Shown here: in pieces, positions 23,495-32,537 of the stretch
How positions within the stretch are numbered: position 1 is the first letter of the stretch
Layout: the number at the start of each line of letters is the position of its first letter
Assembly: GCA_045807565.1 (NCBI GenBank)
Contig: JBJMHD010000112.1
Span: 15,212 to 79,211, forward strand
DNA from: Acidimicrobiales bacterium
GTDB lineage: Bacteria; Actinomycetota; Acidimicrobiia; Acidimicrobiales; VFJN01
DNA length: 64,000 bases
Direction: 5' to 3'
Program-made: the position numbers and the translations under genes
The notes under the pieces: generated by a model
Seen by the model: only the letters and a program-made list of their open reading frames with translations
Told to the model about the DNA's origin: nothing
Databases searched by the model: none

Positions 23495-24187
23495 GTGGAC
23501 ACTGTAAGCGGCGTCGGCGTCCTCGACAAGGCGGTGGCGGTGCTCGACGCCGTCGAGGGAGGGCCCAGGTCCCTCACCGAGCTCGTGTCGTCCACGGGCC
23601 TGAGCCGTCCGACCGCGCACCGGCTCGCCGTCGCCCTCGAGACCCATGGGCTGCTGCGGCGTGATGAGGACGGGCGGTTCTGCCTCGGCCTGCGGCTCAT
23701 CGGGCTCGGGCACGAGGCGGCCGAGGCCGTCCCCCTGTGGGCGGCGGCCCGCCCGGCGCTCGCCTGGCTCCACGAGCAGACGGGCGAGAGCGTGCAGCTC
23801 TTCGTGCGTGATGGCGACACCCGCGTGTGCGTCGAGTCGATCGAGTCGCCACGCGAGCTGAGGACCATCGTGCCTGTCGGTGCGCGTCTCCCGCTGCGCG
23901 TGGGCAGTGCCGGCAAGGTGCTCTCCGGTGGATCCGGTCCCTGGGTGCAGAGCGTCGGGGAGCGGGAGGAAGGCGTTGCGAGCGTGTCCGCCCCGGTGCA
24001 CGATCGGGCGGGCCGGGTGGTCGCGGCGGTCTCGGTGAGCGGTCCGATCCAGCGCCTCACCCGCAAGCCCGGCCAGCGCTACGGCGCCCTCGTCGCCGAC
24101 GCCGCCCGCCAGGTCGAGGCCGCCGTGGATCAGCCGCCCGGACGGTCGACGAGCGTGACGAGCGTCCTCGGCTCGGCTGGGCCGTAG
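23495..24187 (+). CDS. IclR family transcriptional regulator (LtbR/NdgR-like, divergent from leuCD)
   Basis: ORF as listed (GTG). [16 protein letters not shown]...[14 protein letters not shown] is an HTH. The divergent arrangement with leuCD is conserved in actinobacteria. Confidence 0.85.
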   Translation: MDTVSGVGVLDKAVAVLDAVEGGPRSLTELVSSTGLSRPTAHRLAVALETHGLLRRDEDGRFCLGLRLIGLGHEAAEAVPLWAAARPALAWLHEQTGESVQLFVRDGDTRVCVESIESPRELRTIVPVGARLPLRVGSAGKVLSGGSGPWVQSVGEREEGVASVSAPVHDRAGRVVAAVSVSGPIQRLTRKPGQRYGALVADAARQVEAAVDQPPGRSTSVTSVLGSAGP

Positions 24188-24310
24188 CTCTCCACCGCAC
24201 TCCGATCCGCGCCCGTCCTCGGCGCCGACGTCCGAGATGTCCGATCTCACCCGCGGGAATCGTCCACCCCGCCCATCCGCGCACGTTGGATCTGGGTCAG
24301 ACTTCCCGCG

Positions 24311-25501
24311 GTGAGCGACCACGGGTGGGACATGGCGCTGGTCGGGCGGATCGCGACGGTCACGGCCCGGGCAGCGAACCTCGAGCAGCTGTCGCGACCG
24401 TTCCTCGAGCTGCTCCAGGACCTCACGGGCTTCGAGTCGACCTACGTGACGGTCCTGCACTGGGACGACTTCAAGCAAGAGGTGCGCTACGCGAGGAACA
24501 CCGGCATCCTCAACGTGACGGAGGGGGTGTTCGTGGACTGGAGCGACACGCTCTGCCGGCGCGCCCTGCTCGAGGGGCGCCTGGCCACCGACGACGTGCC
24601 GTCGGTGTGGCCCGACAGCGATGCCGCGCGCGAGATGGGGATCGTCACCTACGTGAGCGTGCCGATCGTGACGTCCGAAGGCGCGACCTACGGCACGCTG
24701 TGTGCGGCATCGGCGCGGTCGGTGCAGCTTCCCGAGGACGACCGTCGCATCATGGAGCTCTTCGCACGCCTCCTCGGCGGCCAGGCCGAGCGAGAGCGGC
24801 AGGCGGGCCAGGAGCGGGACCGGGTCGCCACGGCCGCGCTGCACGTGCAGGCCAACGCCGCCGCGATCGCCGCTACGGAGCACAAGCTCAAGACGCCCCT
24901 CACCGTCATCCGCAGCGCAGTGGGTCAGCTCGCGCAAGGCGCCGATCTCGACGACAGCGAACGGCACCTCCTGCTCGAGGCCCTCGAGCGTCAGTCGACC
25001 ACGCTGGAGGCCTGCGTCCACGATCTGCTCACGCAGAGCCAACCGAGCAGCCCCATCCCGCCGATGGAGCTCGGCGTGGTGCCGCTCGAGCCGTTCCTGG
25101 TGCGGATCGCCTCGGACATGCGCCTCGTCGCGCCCGCACGCGCGATCACGCTGACCTGTGATGATCGGCTGGCGTGCATCGCCAACACCACCGCGCTGAT
25201 GCACGTGCTGGAGCATCTGCTCGACAACGCGATCAAGTACACCGACGAGGGCTCACCGATCCAGATCGCGGCGCTCGAGGACCACGGAGCCGCGGCCATC
25301 ACGGTGAGCGACGAAGGTCCAGGGCTCGTCGACGACGCCATGTTTCAGGCGTTCACCCGAGGCGCCCTCAGCTCGGTCGACGGCAGTGGCATGGGCCTCT
25401 TCGTCGTGCGCTCGCTCGTGGCCGGCATGGGGGGCACCGTCGAGGCCCTTCCGTCGCCCCGCGGCACGACCATGCGGATACGGCTCCCCCTCGAGGCGTA
25501 G
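24311..25501 (+). CDS. soluble GAF-domain sensor histidine kinase
   Basis: ORF as listed (GTG). No TM segment. GAF-like N-terminal half, H-box HKLKTPLTVI, and HATPase N/G boxes LDNAIKYT, DEGPGL and GSGMGLFVV. Confidence 0.85.
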   Translation: MSDHGWDMALVGRIATVTARAANLEQLSRPFLELLQDLTGFESTYVTVLHWDDFKQEVRYARNTGILNVTEGVFVDWSDTLCRRALLEGRLATDDVPSVWPDSDAAREMGIVTYVSVPIVTSEGATYGTLCAASARSVQLPEDDRRIMELFARLLGGQAERERQAGQERDRVATAALHVQANAAAIAATEHKLKTPLTVIRSAVGQLAQGADLDDSERHLLLEALERQSTTLEACVHDLLTQSQPSSPIPPMELGVVPLEPFLVRIASDMRLVAPARAITLTCDDRLACIANTTALMHVLEHLLDNAIKYTDEGSPIQIAALEDHGAAAITVSDEGPGLVDDAMFQAFTRGALSSVDGSGMGLFVVRSLVAGMGGTVEALPSPRGTTMRIRLPLEA

Positions 25502-25554
25502 GCCGCTGGGTCGGACTGCCCGCCGTGGATCCAGCGAGCCCCGACTCCGGTCGG

Positions 25555-25818
25555 GTGCGACACCGGTTGCGTGTCCGCGGGCGCGTCCAGGGGGTGTTCT
25601 TCCGCGCGTCGGCGGAGCGCGAGGCAGCGCGCCTCGGCGTGGCCGGCTTCGCGCGCAACGAGCGCGACGGCTCCGTGACCGTCGAGCTGGAGGGCTCGCC
25701 TGCCGCGGTGGCGGCCATGGAGACGTGGTGCCGGACAGGGCCACCCCGCGCCGAGGTGACGAGCGTCGAGGTGGAGGACGTAGCGGTGCTCGGCACCCGG
25801 AGCTTCGGCGCGCGCTGA
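25555..25818 (+). CDS. acyP: acylphosphatase
   Basis: Tail of ORF 25174..25818 from GTG 25555 (alternative GTG 25525). VRGRVQGVFFR and GFARNERDGSVTVELEG signatures. Confidence 0.8.
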   Translation: MRHRLRVRGRVQGVFFRASAEREAARLGVAGFARNERDGSVTVELEGSPAAVAAMETWCRTGPPRAEVTSVEVEDVAVLGTRSFGAR

Positions 25819-25834
25819 GCGGATCGGCCTGACC

Positions 25835-26257
25835 TCACTCAAGGGGGGTCGTGGCGGTCCAGCCGGCGACCTCGGTGGGCTCGAGCACGATCACCGACGT
25901 GACGGTGCCGGGATCGCGGTAGACGGGGAAGGCCGTCGCGAGCGCATCGAGCCCGGCGCGGCTCGGTCCGTGCTCCCTGGCGCTCCCGTGAGCGCGCACC
26001 CACCACAGCTGGGACCAGTCGTCGTCGTAGTGCTCGACGAGGAGGACGGCTCGGGCGTCGACCAGGAGGTTGCGGAGGCGTTGCAGCCGTGGCCCGGCCT
26101 TGGGCTTCACGGTGTCGATCGGGATCACGATCCGATCGTCGAGCACGACGAACACCACCGGAACGAGGTCGACGCCGCGCTCGGCGTGGACGGTGCCGAA
26201 GGTCCCGTGACGAGCGGCGCGCATCCGCTCCCAGCACGCCTCGGCGTCGAGCTGCAC
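25835..26257 (-). CDS. PPOX-class (pyridoxamine 5'-phosphate oxidase-like) probable F420-dependent enzyme
   Basis: Tail of ORF 25835..26647 from GTG 26257 (alternative 26275). VQLDAEACWERMRAARHGTFGTV...LWWVRAHG. Confidence 0.7.
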   Translation of the reverse strand: MQLDAEACWERMRAARHGTFGTVHAERGVDLVPVVFVVLDDRIVIPIDTVKPKAGPRLQRLRNLLVDARAVLLVEHYDDDWSQLWWVRAHGSAREHGPSRAGLDALATAFPVYRDPGTVTSVIVLEPTEVAGWTATTPLE

Positions 26258-26319
26258 GCCGGAACGCTGCCACACGAGATCCGGCGGTGCGGCGGCGGGC
26301 GAGGGGACAGACTGGCCGG

Positions 26320-26784
26320 GTGCGGTTCGACCCCACCGTCGACGACGAGGTCCGCAAGGCCGTCCAGACCGGTCTGCGCGCGTACAACGACGCTTCGTCG
26401 CCCATCCTGCGCGGCTACCGCGAGCGGGGGGAGGACAAGGAGGTGCCGTTCGACCTCTACGCCTTCGATGATGCCGGCGAGCTGACCGGCGGCATCGTGG
26501 CGTCGACGTGGGGCGGCTGGTTGGCGATCGATCTCGTGTGGGTCCGGGAGGACCAGCGCGGGACCGGTCTCGGTTCCGACCTGCTGCGGCGGATCGAGCA
26601 GCGAGCTCGAGACGAACGCGGTTGCGTGGGGGTCCGCCTCGACACATGGGGCTTCCAGGCCAAGCCCTTCTACGAGAAGCAGGGGTACACGGTCTTCGGG
26701 GTCCTGGAGGACTACCCGCCGGGCGAGACGGAGTACCTCCTGGCGAAGCGCCTCGACGGCGACGCGCCCCAGCCGGAGCGCTAG
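26320..26784 (+). CDS. GNAT family N-acetyltransferase
   Basis: Tail of ORF 26089..26784 from GTG 26320. The acetyl-CoA motif is VREDQRGTGLGSDLLRRIE. Confidence 0.8.
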   Translation: MRFDPTVDDEVRKAVQTGLRAYNDASSPILRGYRERGEDKEVPFDLYAFDDAGELTGGIVASTWGGWLAIDLVWVREDQRGTGLGSDLLRRIEQRARDERGCVGVRLDTWGFQAKPFYEKQGYTVFGVLEDYPPGETEYLLAKRLDGDAPQPER

Positions 26785-28142
26785 GCGCGGGCGCCGAGGA
26801 TCTCCCGGGCGGCGCGCTCGCCCGAGCGGATGGCGCCGTCGATCGCGCCGTGCGAGGTGGTGGCGGTCTCGGTACCCGCCCAGTGGATGCGACCCCACGG
26901 CTCGCGCAGGAGGTGCCCGACGCTCGTGAGGACGCCCGGCTTGAAGTGCGCCATCGAGCACCCCCGGGTCCACTCCTCCTGCCACCACGCCGTCTCCACG
27001 ATGTCCACCGGTGCGGCCGCCCTCGGCCCGAGGCGCGCCGACAACGTGTCGAGAAGGACCCGACGGCGTTCGGCCTCGGGCAACCCGTCGAAGCGCTCGG
27101 CGACGTGGCTGAACGCGAACGAGGCGAGCGTGCCGTAGCTCGCGTCCGCCGGCGATGCGTCGATGGTGACCTCCGACGCCGAGCCGGGCTCCGATGTCTG
27201 GCCGCTGAAGCCGTCGGACCGCCAGAAGGGCTCGTCGTACACGAGGAGCGTCTTGGACTCCGGCCCCGCCACCGCCCCCCGGTAGAGGGCCGCTCGATCG
27301 TCCGGCAGGTCGGGTGTGAACTGGATCTCCAGCACGAGCGCGGGCGGCACCGTGATCGCGACGCGCGGCGCGTGCACGATCACGTCGTCGGACGTGACGA
27401 CCACGTTGTCGTGCTGCTGGGTGATCGCTCGCACCGGCGCACGCAGGTACACGGCGTCGAACAGCTCGGCCGCCATCCGCTGGGCCATGACGCCGGCACC
27501 GCCGTCGACCAGGCTCTCCTGCGAGCCCCCCTCGATCGAGAACAGCGTCTCGAGGCTGCCGTGGCCACGCACGAGCATCAGCAGGTTGAGCAGAGACACG
27601 TCGTGGAGGTCGCCGGTGTGGAGGCCGCGCACGGCCATCTCGAACAGGTCGCGGGCGAGCGGCGTGCGGATGCCGGTGGTCTCGAGGTGCTCGCCGACCG
27701 AGCGGGCGTCCCACTCGGCGGCCTTCGGCGCGGTCCACGGCGCCTCGAGGGGCACCTCCTTGGCGAGCCGGTCGATCTTCCACTGGGCGCGGCCGATCGT
27801 CAGCACCGCCAGCGGGCTGATCTTCGGGATCAGGCCCTTGTACGTGCGGGTGCGGCCGCCGCCCACGAGCAGGTGCTTCCCGGCGACGTGCGTCTTGTAG
27901 GTGGCCGCGCCCATCTCGGCAACCAAGGCGTGAGCCGCGTCGTGCTTGGGTCCGAGCCAACCGCCGCCGCGGTCGACGGTCGCGCCGCTCGCGAGCTGCT
28001 GGGTCCAGATCCGGCCGCCGACGCGGTCGCGCGCCTCGAGCACGGCGACGGTCTTGCCGGCTTGCGTGAGGCGGCGCGCCGTCGTGAGCCCCGCGTAGCC
28101 CGCTCCTACGACGCAGACGTCGGCCTCGACCCGTTCCGGCAT
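26781..28142 (-). CDS. flavin-containing amine oxidase family protein
   Basis: ATG 28142 is residue 263 of ORF 26781..28928. The FAD motif is DVCVVGAGYAGLTTARRL...VAVLEARDRVGGR. Confidence 0.85.
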   Translation of the reverse strand: MPERVEADVCVVGAGYAGLTTARRLTQAGKTVAVLEARDRVGGRIWTQQLASGATVDRGGGWLGPKHDAAHALVAEMGAATYKTHVAGKHLLVGGGRTRTYKGLIPKISPLAVLTIGRAQWKIDRLAKEVPLEAPWTAPKAAEWDARSVGEHLETTGIRTPLARDLFEMAVRGLHTGDLHDVSLLNLLMLVRGHGSLETLFSIEGGSQESLVDGGAGVMAQRMAAELFDAVYLRAPVRAITQQHDNVVVTSDDVIVHAPRVAITVPPALVLEIQFTPDLPDDRAALYRGAVAGPESKTLLVYDEPFWRSDGFSGQTSEPGSASEVTIDASPADASYGTLASFAFSHVAERFDGLPEAERRRVLLDTLSARLGPRAAAPVDIVETAWWQEEWTRGCSMAHFKPGVLTSVGHLLREPWGRIHWAGTETATTSHGAIDGAIRSGERAAREILGARA

Positions 28143-28186
28143 CCCGGCGACGGTAGCCGTGGGGCGCCGCGGGTAGAACGGACCCC

Positions 28187-28831
28187 ATGGGGAACGCCAC
28201 GGTCGACCATCGGCGCCTGCACGACGAGGAGAACGCCGACCTCTCCGCCTACCTGCACTCCCTCGACGACGCGGATTGGGAGCGTCCGTCGCTGTGCGAT
28301 GGCTGGCGCGTCCGCGACGTCGTCGGGCACATCCTCTACGGCAACGAGCAGCACCTCTCCACGCTTCCGTTCCGGCTCGCCAAGCACGGGTTCTCGTCCG
28401 ACCGCTCGGGCAAGGCGTACTCCATCGCGCGTGCCGAGGGGCGTACGCCGGCCGAGCTCCTGCAGGCGTTCGACGAGCGGGATCCCTGGGCCGGCACCTG
28501 CCGCGTGTTCCCGCCCAAGCTCGTGCTGCTCGACCGCTTGGCGCACCACCAGGACATCCGTCGCGCGCTCGGTCACGACCGGGTGATCCCCGAGGAGCGC
28601 GTCGTCGCCGTGCTCGACGCCACGCCGCGCCTCGGTTCGGTGTTCGGCGCCAAGCACCGCACCAACGGCCTCCGCTTCGAGGCCGCCGACGTCGACTGGT
28701 CGTGGGGCGGCGGACCGGTGGTACGAGGTCCGGGGGAGGCCCTCGCCATGACGATGCTCGGCCGCGCCCAGCCCCTACCGGAGCTGTCGGGCGACGGGGC
28801 CGGGCTGTTCGCCTCCCGACTGGCGGGCTGA
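28187..28831 (+). CDS. DinB/maleylpyruvate-isomerase-family mycothiol-dependent enzyme
   Basis: ORF as listed. WERPSLCDGWRVRDVVGHI is an N-terminal DinB-like motif. Confidence 0.7.
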   Translation: MGNATVDHRRLHDEENADLSAYLHSLDDADWERPSLCDGWRVRDVVGHILYGNEQHLSTLPFRLAKHGFSSDRSGKAYSIARAEGRTPAELLQAFDERDPWAGTCRVFPPKLVLLDRLAHHQDIRRALGHDRVIPEERVVAVLDATPRLGSVFGAKHRTNGLRFEAADVDWSWGGGPVVRGPGEALAMTMLGRAQPLPELSGDGAGLFASRLAG

Positions 28832-28834
28832 GCC

Positions 28835-29263
28835 TCAGCCGGCGGGCACCCGGTCTGCGACCAGGTGCACCACCGGCAGCTCCGGGTGCTCGCGGCGCAC
28901 CCGGCTGGGGACGTCCCAGTGCAGCCACCGCGACGGCCCCGGTGGCAGCGTCGACAGCACGATCCCGGCGAAGGCGTCAGCGCCCTCCCGGCGGATCACG
29001 GTGTTCACGGCTTGGACCGGGTTGGCATCGCCGATCTCGCCATCCGCCACGATGCGCTCCTCGTGGAGCCGGTCGAGCCCCTCCTGCAGGGTGCGGCGCG
29101 CCGCCGCGTTCACCTCGCCCTCCGTCCAGACGTGGTCGGACGGGTGCTGCACCGGCACCAGCAGCAGGAAGCGGCAGGGACCCTCCTCCCGGAGGGACCG
29201 GAGGTGGTCGATGAGGTGGCCGCCTCCCAGGGTCTTGTGGGCGACGACGAGGTAGCGGCGCAT
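28835..29263 (-). CDS. hypothetical protein (USP-like alpha/beta fold suspected)
   Basis: ORF as listed. GGAAGGGAG lies upstream. MRRYLVVAHKTLGGGHL...CRFLLLVPV. Confidence 0.6.
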   Translation of the reverse strand: MRRYLVVAHKTLGGGHLIDHLRSLREEGPCRFLLLVPVQHPSDHVWTEGEVNAAARRTLQEGLDRLHEERIVADGEIGDANPVQAVNTVIRREGADAFAGIVLSTLPPGPSRWLHWDVPSRVRREHPELPVVHLVADRVPAG

Positions 29264-29352
29264 GGCGGCTCCCTTCCTCGGTTGCTCCCCCCGACGCTAC
29301 GCCCGCCGGTCGGTCATGGGAAGGCACGTCGGGGCTGTGACATCCTTCGGCG

Positions 29353-30351
29353 GTGGCCGCCCGGCGTGATCCGGTGATCCGCTGGGGGGTGATCGGACCA
29401 GGAGGGATCGCGCAGCGGTTCGCGAACGCCATGACCGCAGTGCACGATGGCGAGATCGTCGCGGTGGCATCCCGTTCGCTCGACCGTGCGAACGCGTTCG
29501 GCGACGAGCATGGCATCGCACGGCGCTACGACGACGAGCAAGCCCTCGCCGACGACCCGCAGGTGGACGCGGTCTACGTGGCCACGCCGCACGCGCGCCA
29601 CGAGGCCGACACGATCCGTTGCCTCGAGGCGGGCAAGCCCGTGCTGTGCGAGAAGCCCTTGGCGCTCAACGCAGGGCAGGCGCAACGCATGGTCGACGCG
29701 GCAGCCGCGGCCGGGCTCTTTCTGATGGAGGCGGTCTGGAGCCGGTTCCTCCCGTCGTACCGCGCCCTGGTCGACGTGCTCGGTTCGGGACGGATCGGCA
29801 CGCCGTTGCAGGTGGAGGCCGACTTCGGGTTCCGCGTCCCCGTCGATCCGACCCATCGCCTCTTCGACCCGCAGCAGGGCGGCGGCGCGCTGCTCGACCT
29901 CGGCATCTACCCGATCCAGCTCTGCACGCTGGCCCTGGGGCCGGTCGAGCAGGCCGTCGCGCAAGGGCGGCTGGGCGACACCGGCGTGGACGAGCAGGTC
30001 GCGGCGGTGCTCCGCCACGAGGGCGGCGGGCTGGGCGTGGTCAGGGCCGCCATCACGGTCCCGCTGGCGTGCACCGCGCGCATCAGCGGCACCGACGGCT
30101 GGATCGACCTCCCTCCCTTCATGCACTGCCCGACGTCGCTCACCGTGCACTCCGTCGGCGCCGCCCCGGAGGCGATCGACGCACCGATCGGCGTCGAGGG
30201 CCTCGAGCACGAGATCAGCGAGGTCCACCGCTGCCTCGCCGCCGGCCTCCGCGAGAGCCCCACCATGCCGCTCGCCGAGTCGGTTGCCCTCGCCAGCGTC
30301 ATGGACGACATCCGGGCCCAGGTCGGCGTCGTGTACCCGGGGGAGCGGTGA
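29353..30351 (+). CDS. Gfo/Idh/MocA family oxidoreductase
   Basis: ORF as listed (alternative GTG 29374, VIRWGVIGPGGIA). Motifs GVIGPGGIAQRF and EKP. Confidence 0.85.
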   Translation: MAARRDPVIRWGVIGPGGIAQRFANAMTAVHDGEIVAVASRSLDRANAFGDEHGIARRYDDEQALADDPQVDAVYVATPHARHEADTIRCLEAGKPVLCEKPLALNAGQAQRMVDAAAAAGLFLMEAVWSRFLPSYRALVDVLGSGRIGTPLQVEADFGFRVPVDPTHRLFDPQQGGGALLDLGIYPIQLCTLALGPVEQAVAQGRLGDTGVDEQVAAVLRHEGGGLGVVRAAITVPLACTARISGTDGWIDLPPFMHCPTSLTVHSVGAAPEAIDAPIGVEGLEHEISEVHRCLAAGLRESPTMPLAESVALASVMDDIRAQVGVVYPGER

Positions 30352-31286
30352 CGCCTGACCGCAGGTTTGGCGGCTCGGCCGACGGGGCAGCCGCTGTGCC
30401 CATGGATGGGTCCGCGCCGCCCGACGATCCTGTGGAGGACGTCGCTCCGTACCGGGGCAGCCGCGACGCGGCGGAGACCCTCATCGGCGCGGTCGAGCGA
30501 GCCGGCGACCCGTGGGAGGTCGTCCGAGCTCCACAGCTGGTGGGCCGCGAGCTCGACGCCGTGCGGAGCTGGCCCGTCGTGCTGCCGCACGGGGAGCTGC
30601 TCGGTGTGATCACCCGCACCTCGGATGGCGCGTCCGGGGACGACGAGCTGATCCGGGTGCTCCTCCGGACGTTCGCTTCGCTCGTCGCGGCCGAGGAGAG
30701 CGCCACCGAGGTCACCCGACGGGCCATCGAGGCTGAGCAGGAGGCGCGCACCGACCCCCTCACCGGTCTCCTCAACCGCCGGGCCTGGGACGACGCCCTC
30801 GCCGCCGAGACGGCCCGGATGGCGCGGCACCAGCACCCGGCGCTGGTGCTCGTCATCGACGTCGACGGCCTCAAGCAGGTCAACGACACCGATGGCCACC
30901 TGGCCGGCGACCTCCTCCTGCGCGCGGCCGCCGCCGCAATGCGCGAGGCGGTACGGGAGGAGGACGTCGTGGCCCGGATCGGTGGCGATGAGTTCGCGGT
31001 GCTCGCCGTCGAGGCGGACGAGCCCTCGCGCCGCACCCTCCTGGAGCGGGTGCGGGTGGCGCTGATGGCCGCCGAGGTCGAGGCATCGGTGGGCGCGGCG
31101 GCGGCCGAGCCCGGAGCGTCGCTCGCCGAGGCCTTCGAGCAGGCAGACCGGGAGATGTACGCCGCCAAGCGCTCGCGGAAGGAGCTCGCCGCCGAGCTCA
31201 GCGAGCCGTCGATGGCGACCGAGGCGCCCGAGCAACCGCCTCGACGGCGGCGAGCAGCTCCGGGACGAACACCGCGGGCCGGGTGA
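30348..31286 (+). CDS. diguanylate cyclase (GGDEF) with uncharacterised N-terminal domain
   Basis: GTG 30348 within ORF 29619..31286, with a GTGA overlap on the upstream stop. DPLTGLLNRR, an RIGGDEF active site, and an REED I-site 5 residues upstream of it. Confidence 0.8.
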   Translation: MTPDRRFGGSADGAAAVPMDGSAPPDDPVEDVAPYRGSRDAAETLIGAVERAGDPWEVVRAPQLVGRELDAVRSWPVVLPHGELLGVITRTSDGASGDDELIRVLLRTFASLVAAEESATEVTRRAIEAEQEARTDPLTGLLNRRAWDDALAAETARMARHQHPALVLVIDVDGLKQVNDTDGHLAGDLLLRAAAAAMREAVREEDVVARIGGDEFAVLAVEADEPSRRTLLERVRVALMAAEVEASVGAAAAEPGASLAEAFEQADREMYAAKRSRKELAAELSEPSMATEAPEQPPRRRRAAPGRTPRAG

Positions 31287-32064
31287 CGCAACCGGTGTGA
31301 TCGATCGCGGCGTCGTGGACCGACGGGTTCGGCAGCGCCGCGACGAGGCGTTTTTGGCGGGCCGGCGACACCGCGGCGTCCCGGGTCGTCACGACCACTG
31401 CGTGGGGCACATCGACCCTGCCGATCCAGCGAGAGGCGTCGTAGCGAGCGAGCGAGAAGCCCGCCTGCACGGCGCGCCGGCGGTCGGTGAGGGCGAGCTC
31501 GGACTGCAGCCATCGGCGCAGGGCCGGGTCGAGACGGCCTCGCCGCGCCGGCGCCGTCGTGGTGGCGCGCAGGCGCTGGAGCAGGGACGGCCCGATGTCG
31601 CGCACGGGCTCGATGCCGCGGAACCGGTGGGCGGTCGCGCACAGCACCAGACCGGCCACCTGCCCGGGGTGGCGGTGCCACACGAGCTGCGCGATCGGAC
31701 CGCCCATCGAGTAGCCGACGACGATGGCCCGGTCGATCCCGAGCACCTCCAAGGCGGCGGCGGCATCGTCGGCGCAGTCAGCCAGGCGGACGGCCCGGTC
31801 GGCGCGGATGCCCCGGCCGTGGCCGCGGTGGTCGATGGCCACGACGCCGTAGCGCTCGGAGAGCACCGGGTAGGTGGGGAACCAGTTGGCGTCGGCGGTG
31901 ACGCCGATGCCGTGCAGCAGCAGCACGGTGGGCGCGCCGTCCGGCGCGGGGTGGTGCCGCACGAACGTGGTGCCGCGGCCGGGCAGCTCGAGCGGACCGC
32001 CGGGGAGCAGCGTCGGGAGCCAGCGGTCCGCCGGGAGGTCCGGCTCGGCCGCCGCTTCGCTCAC
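31198..32064 (-). CDS. alpha/beta hydrolase
   Basis: ORF as listed (GTG). LLHGIG, DHRGHGRG, and nucleophile elbow GYSMGG. Confidence 0.85.
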   Translation of the reverse strand: MSEAAAEPDLPADRWLPTLLPGGPLELPGRGTTFVRHHPAPDGAPTVLLLHGIGVTADANWFPTYPVLSERYGVVAIDHRGHGRGIRADRAVRLADCADDAAAALEVLGIDRAIVVGYSMGGPIAQLVWHRHPGQVAGLVLCATAHRFRGIEPVRDIGPSLLQRLRATTTAPARRGRLDPALRRWLQSELALTDRRRAVQAGFSLARYDASRWIGRVDVPHAVVVTTRDAAVSPARQKRLVAALPNPSVHDAAIDHTGCVTRPAVFVPELLAAVEAVARAPRSPSTAR

Positions 32065-32528
32065 TGGATGCTGACGAGCTCGACGGTGAGGTTGGCGCCC
32101 GTGGGGGACTGGAAGTCGACCTTGTCGCCCGGCTTGCGCCCGATGAGCGCCTCGCCCAACGGCGACCCGGGGCTGATGATGTCGTGCTCCACGCCGCGCT
32201 CCTCGACGGACCCGAAGAAGTAGAGCTCGGTGTCATCGTCGCCCTCGTAGCGGAGCTCCACCACGCAGCCGGGCTCGACAGCGTCGCCCTCGGTGCCCTC
32301 CACGATCTCGGCGTTCTCGAGCATCGCGGCGATCTGGCGGATCCGCGCCTCCATCTGGCCCTGGTGGTCCTTGGCGGCGTGGTAGTCGCCGTTCTCCTTG
32401 AGGTCGCCGAGCTCTCGCGCCGCCTCGATCTTGCGGGCGATGTCGACGCGTCCGACGGTGGTGAGCTCGTCGTGCTCGGCCTTCAGCCGGTCGTAGGCGG
32501 CCTGCGAGAGGTGATGGGTGTCAGCCAT
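32061..32528 (-). CDS. greA: transcription elongation factor GreA
   Basis: ORF as listed. ELGDLKENGDYHAAKDHQGQMEARI. Confidence 0.93.
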   Translation of the reverse strand: MADTHHLSQAAYDRLKAEHDELTTVGRVDIARKIEAARELGDLKENGDYHAAKDHQGQMEARIRQIAAMLENAEIVEGTEGDAVEPGCVVELRYEGDDDTELYFFGSVEERGVEHDIISPGSPLGEALIGRKPGDKVDFQSPTGANLTVELVSIQ

Positions 32529-32537
32529 AGGAGCGGA

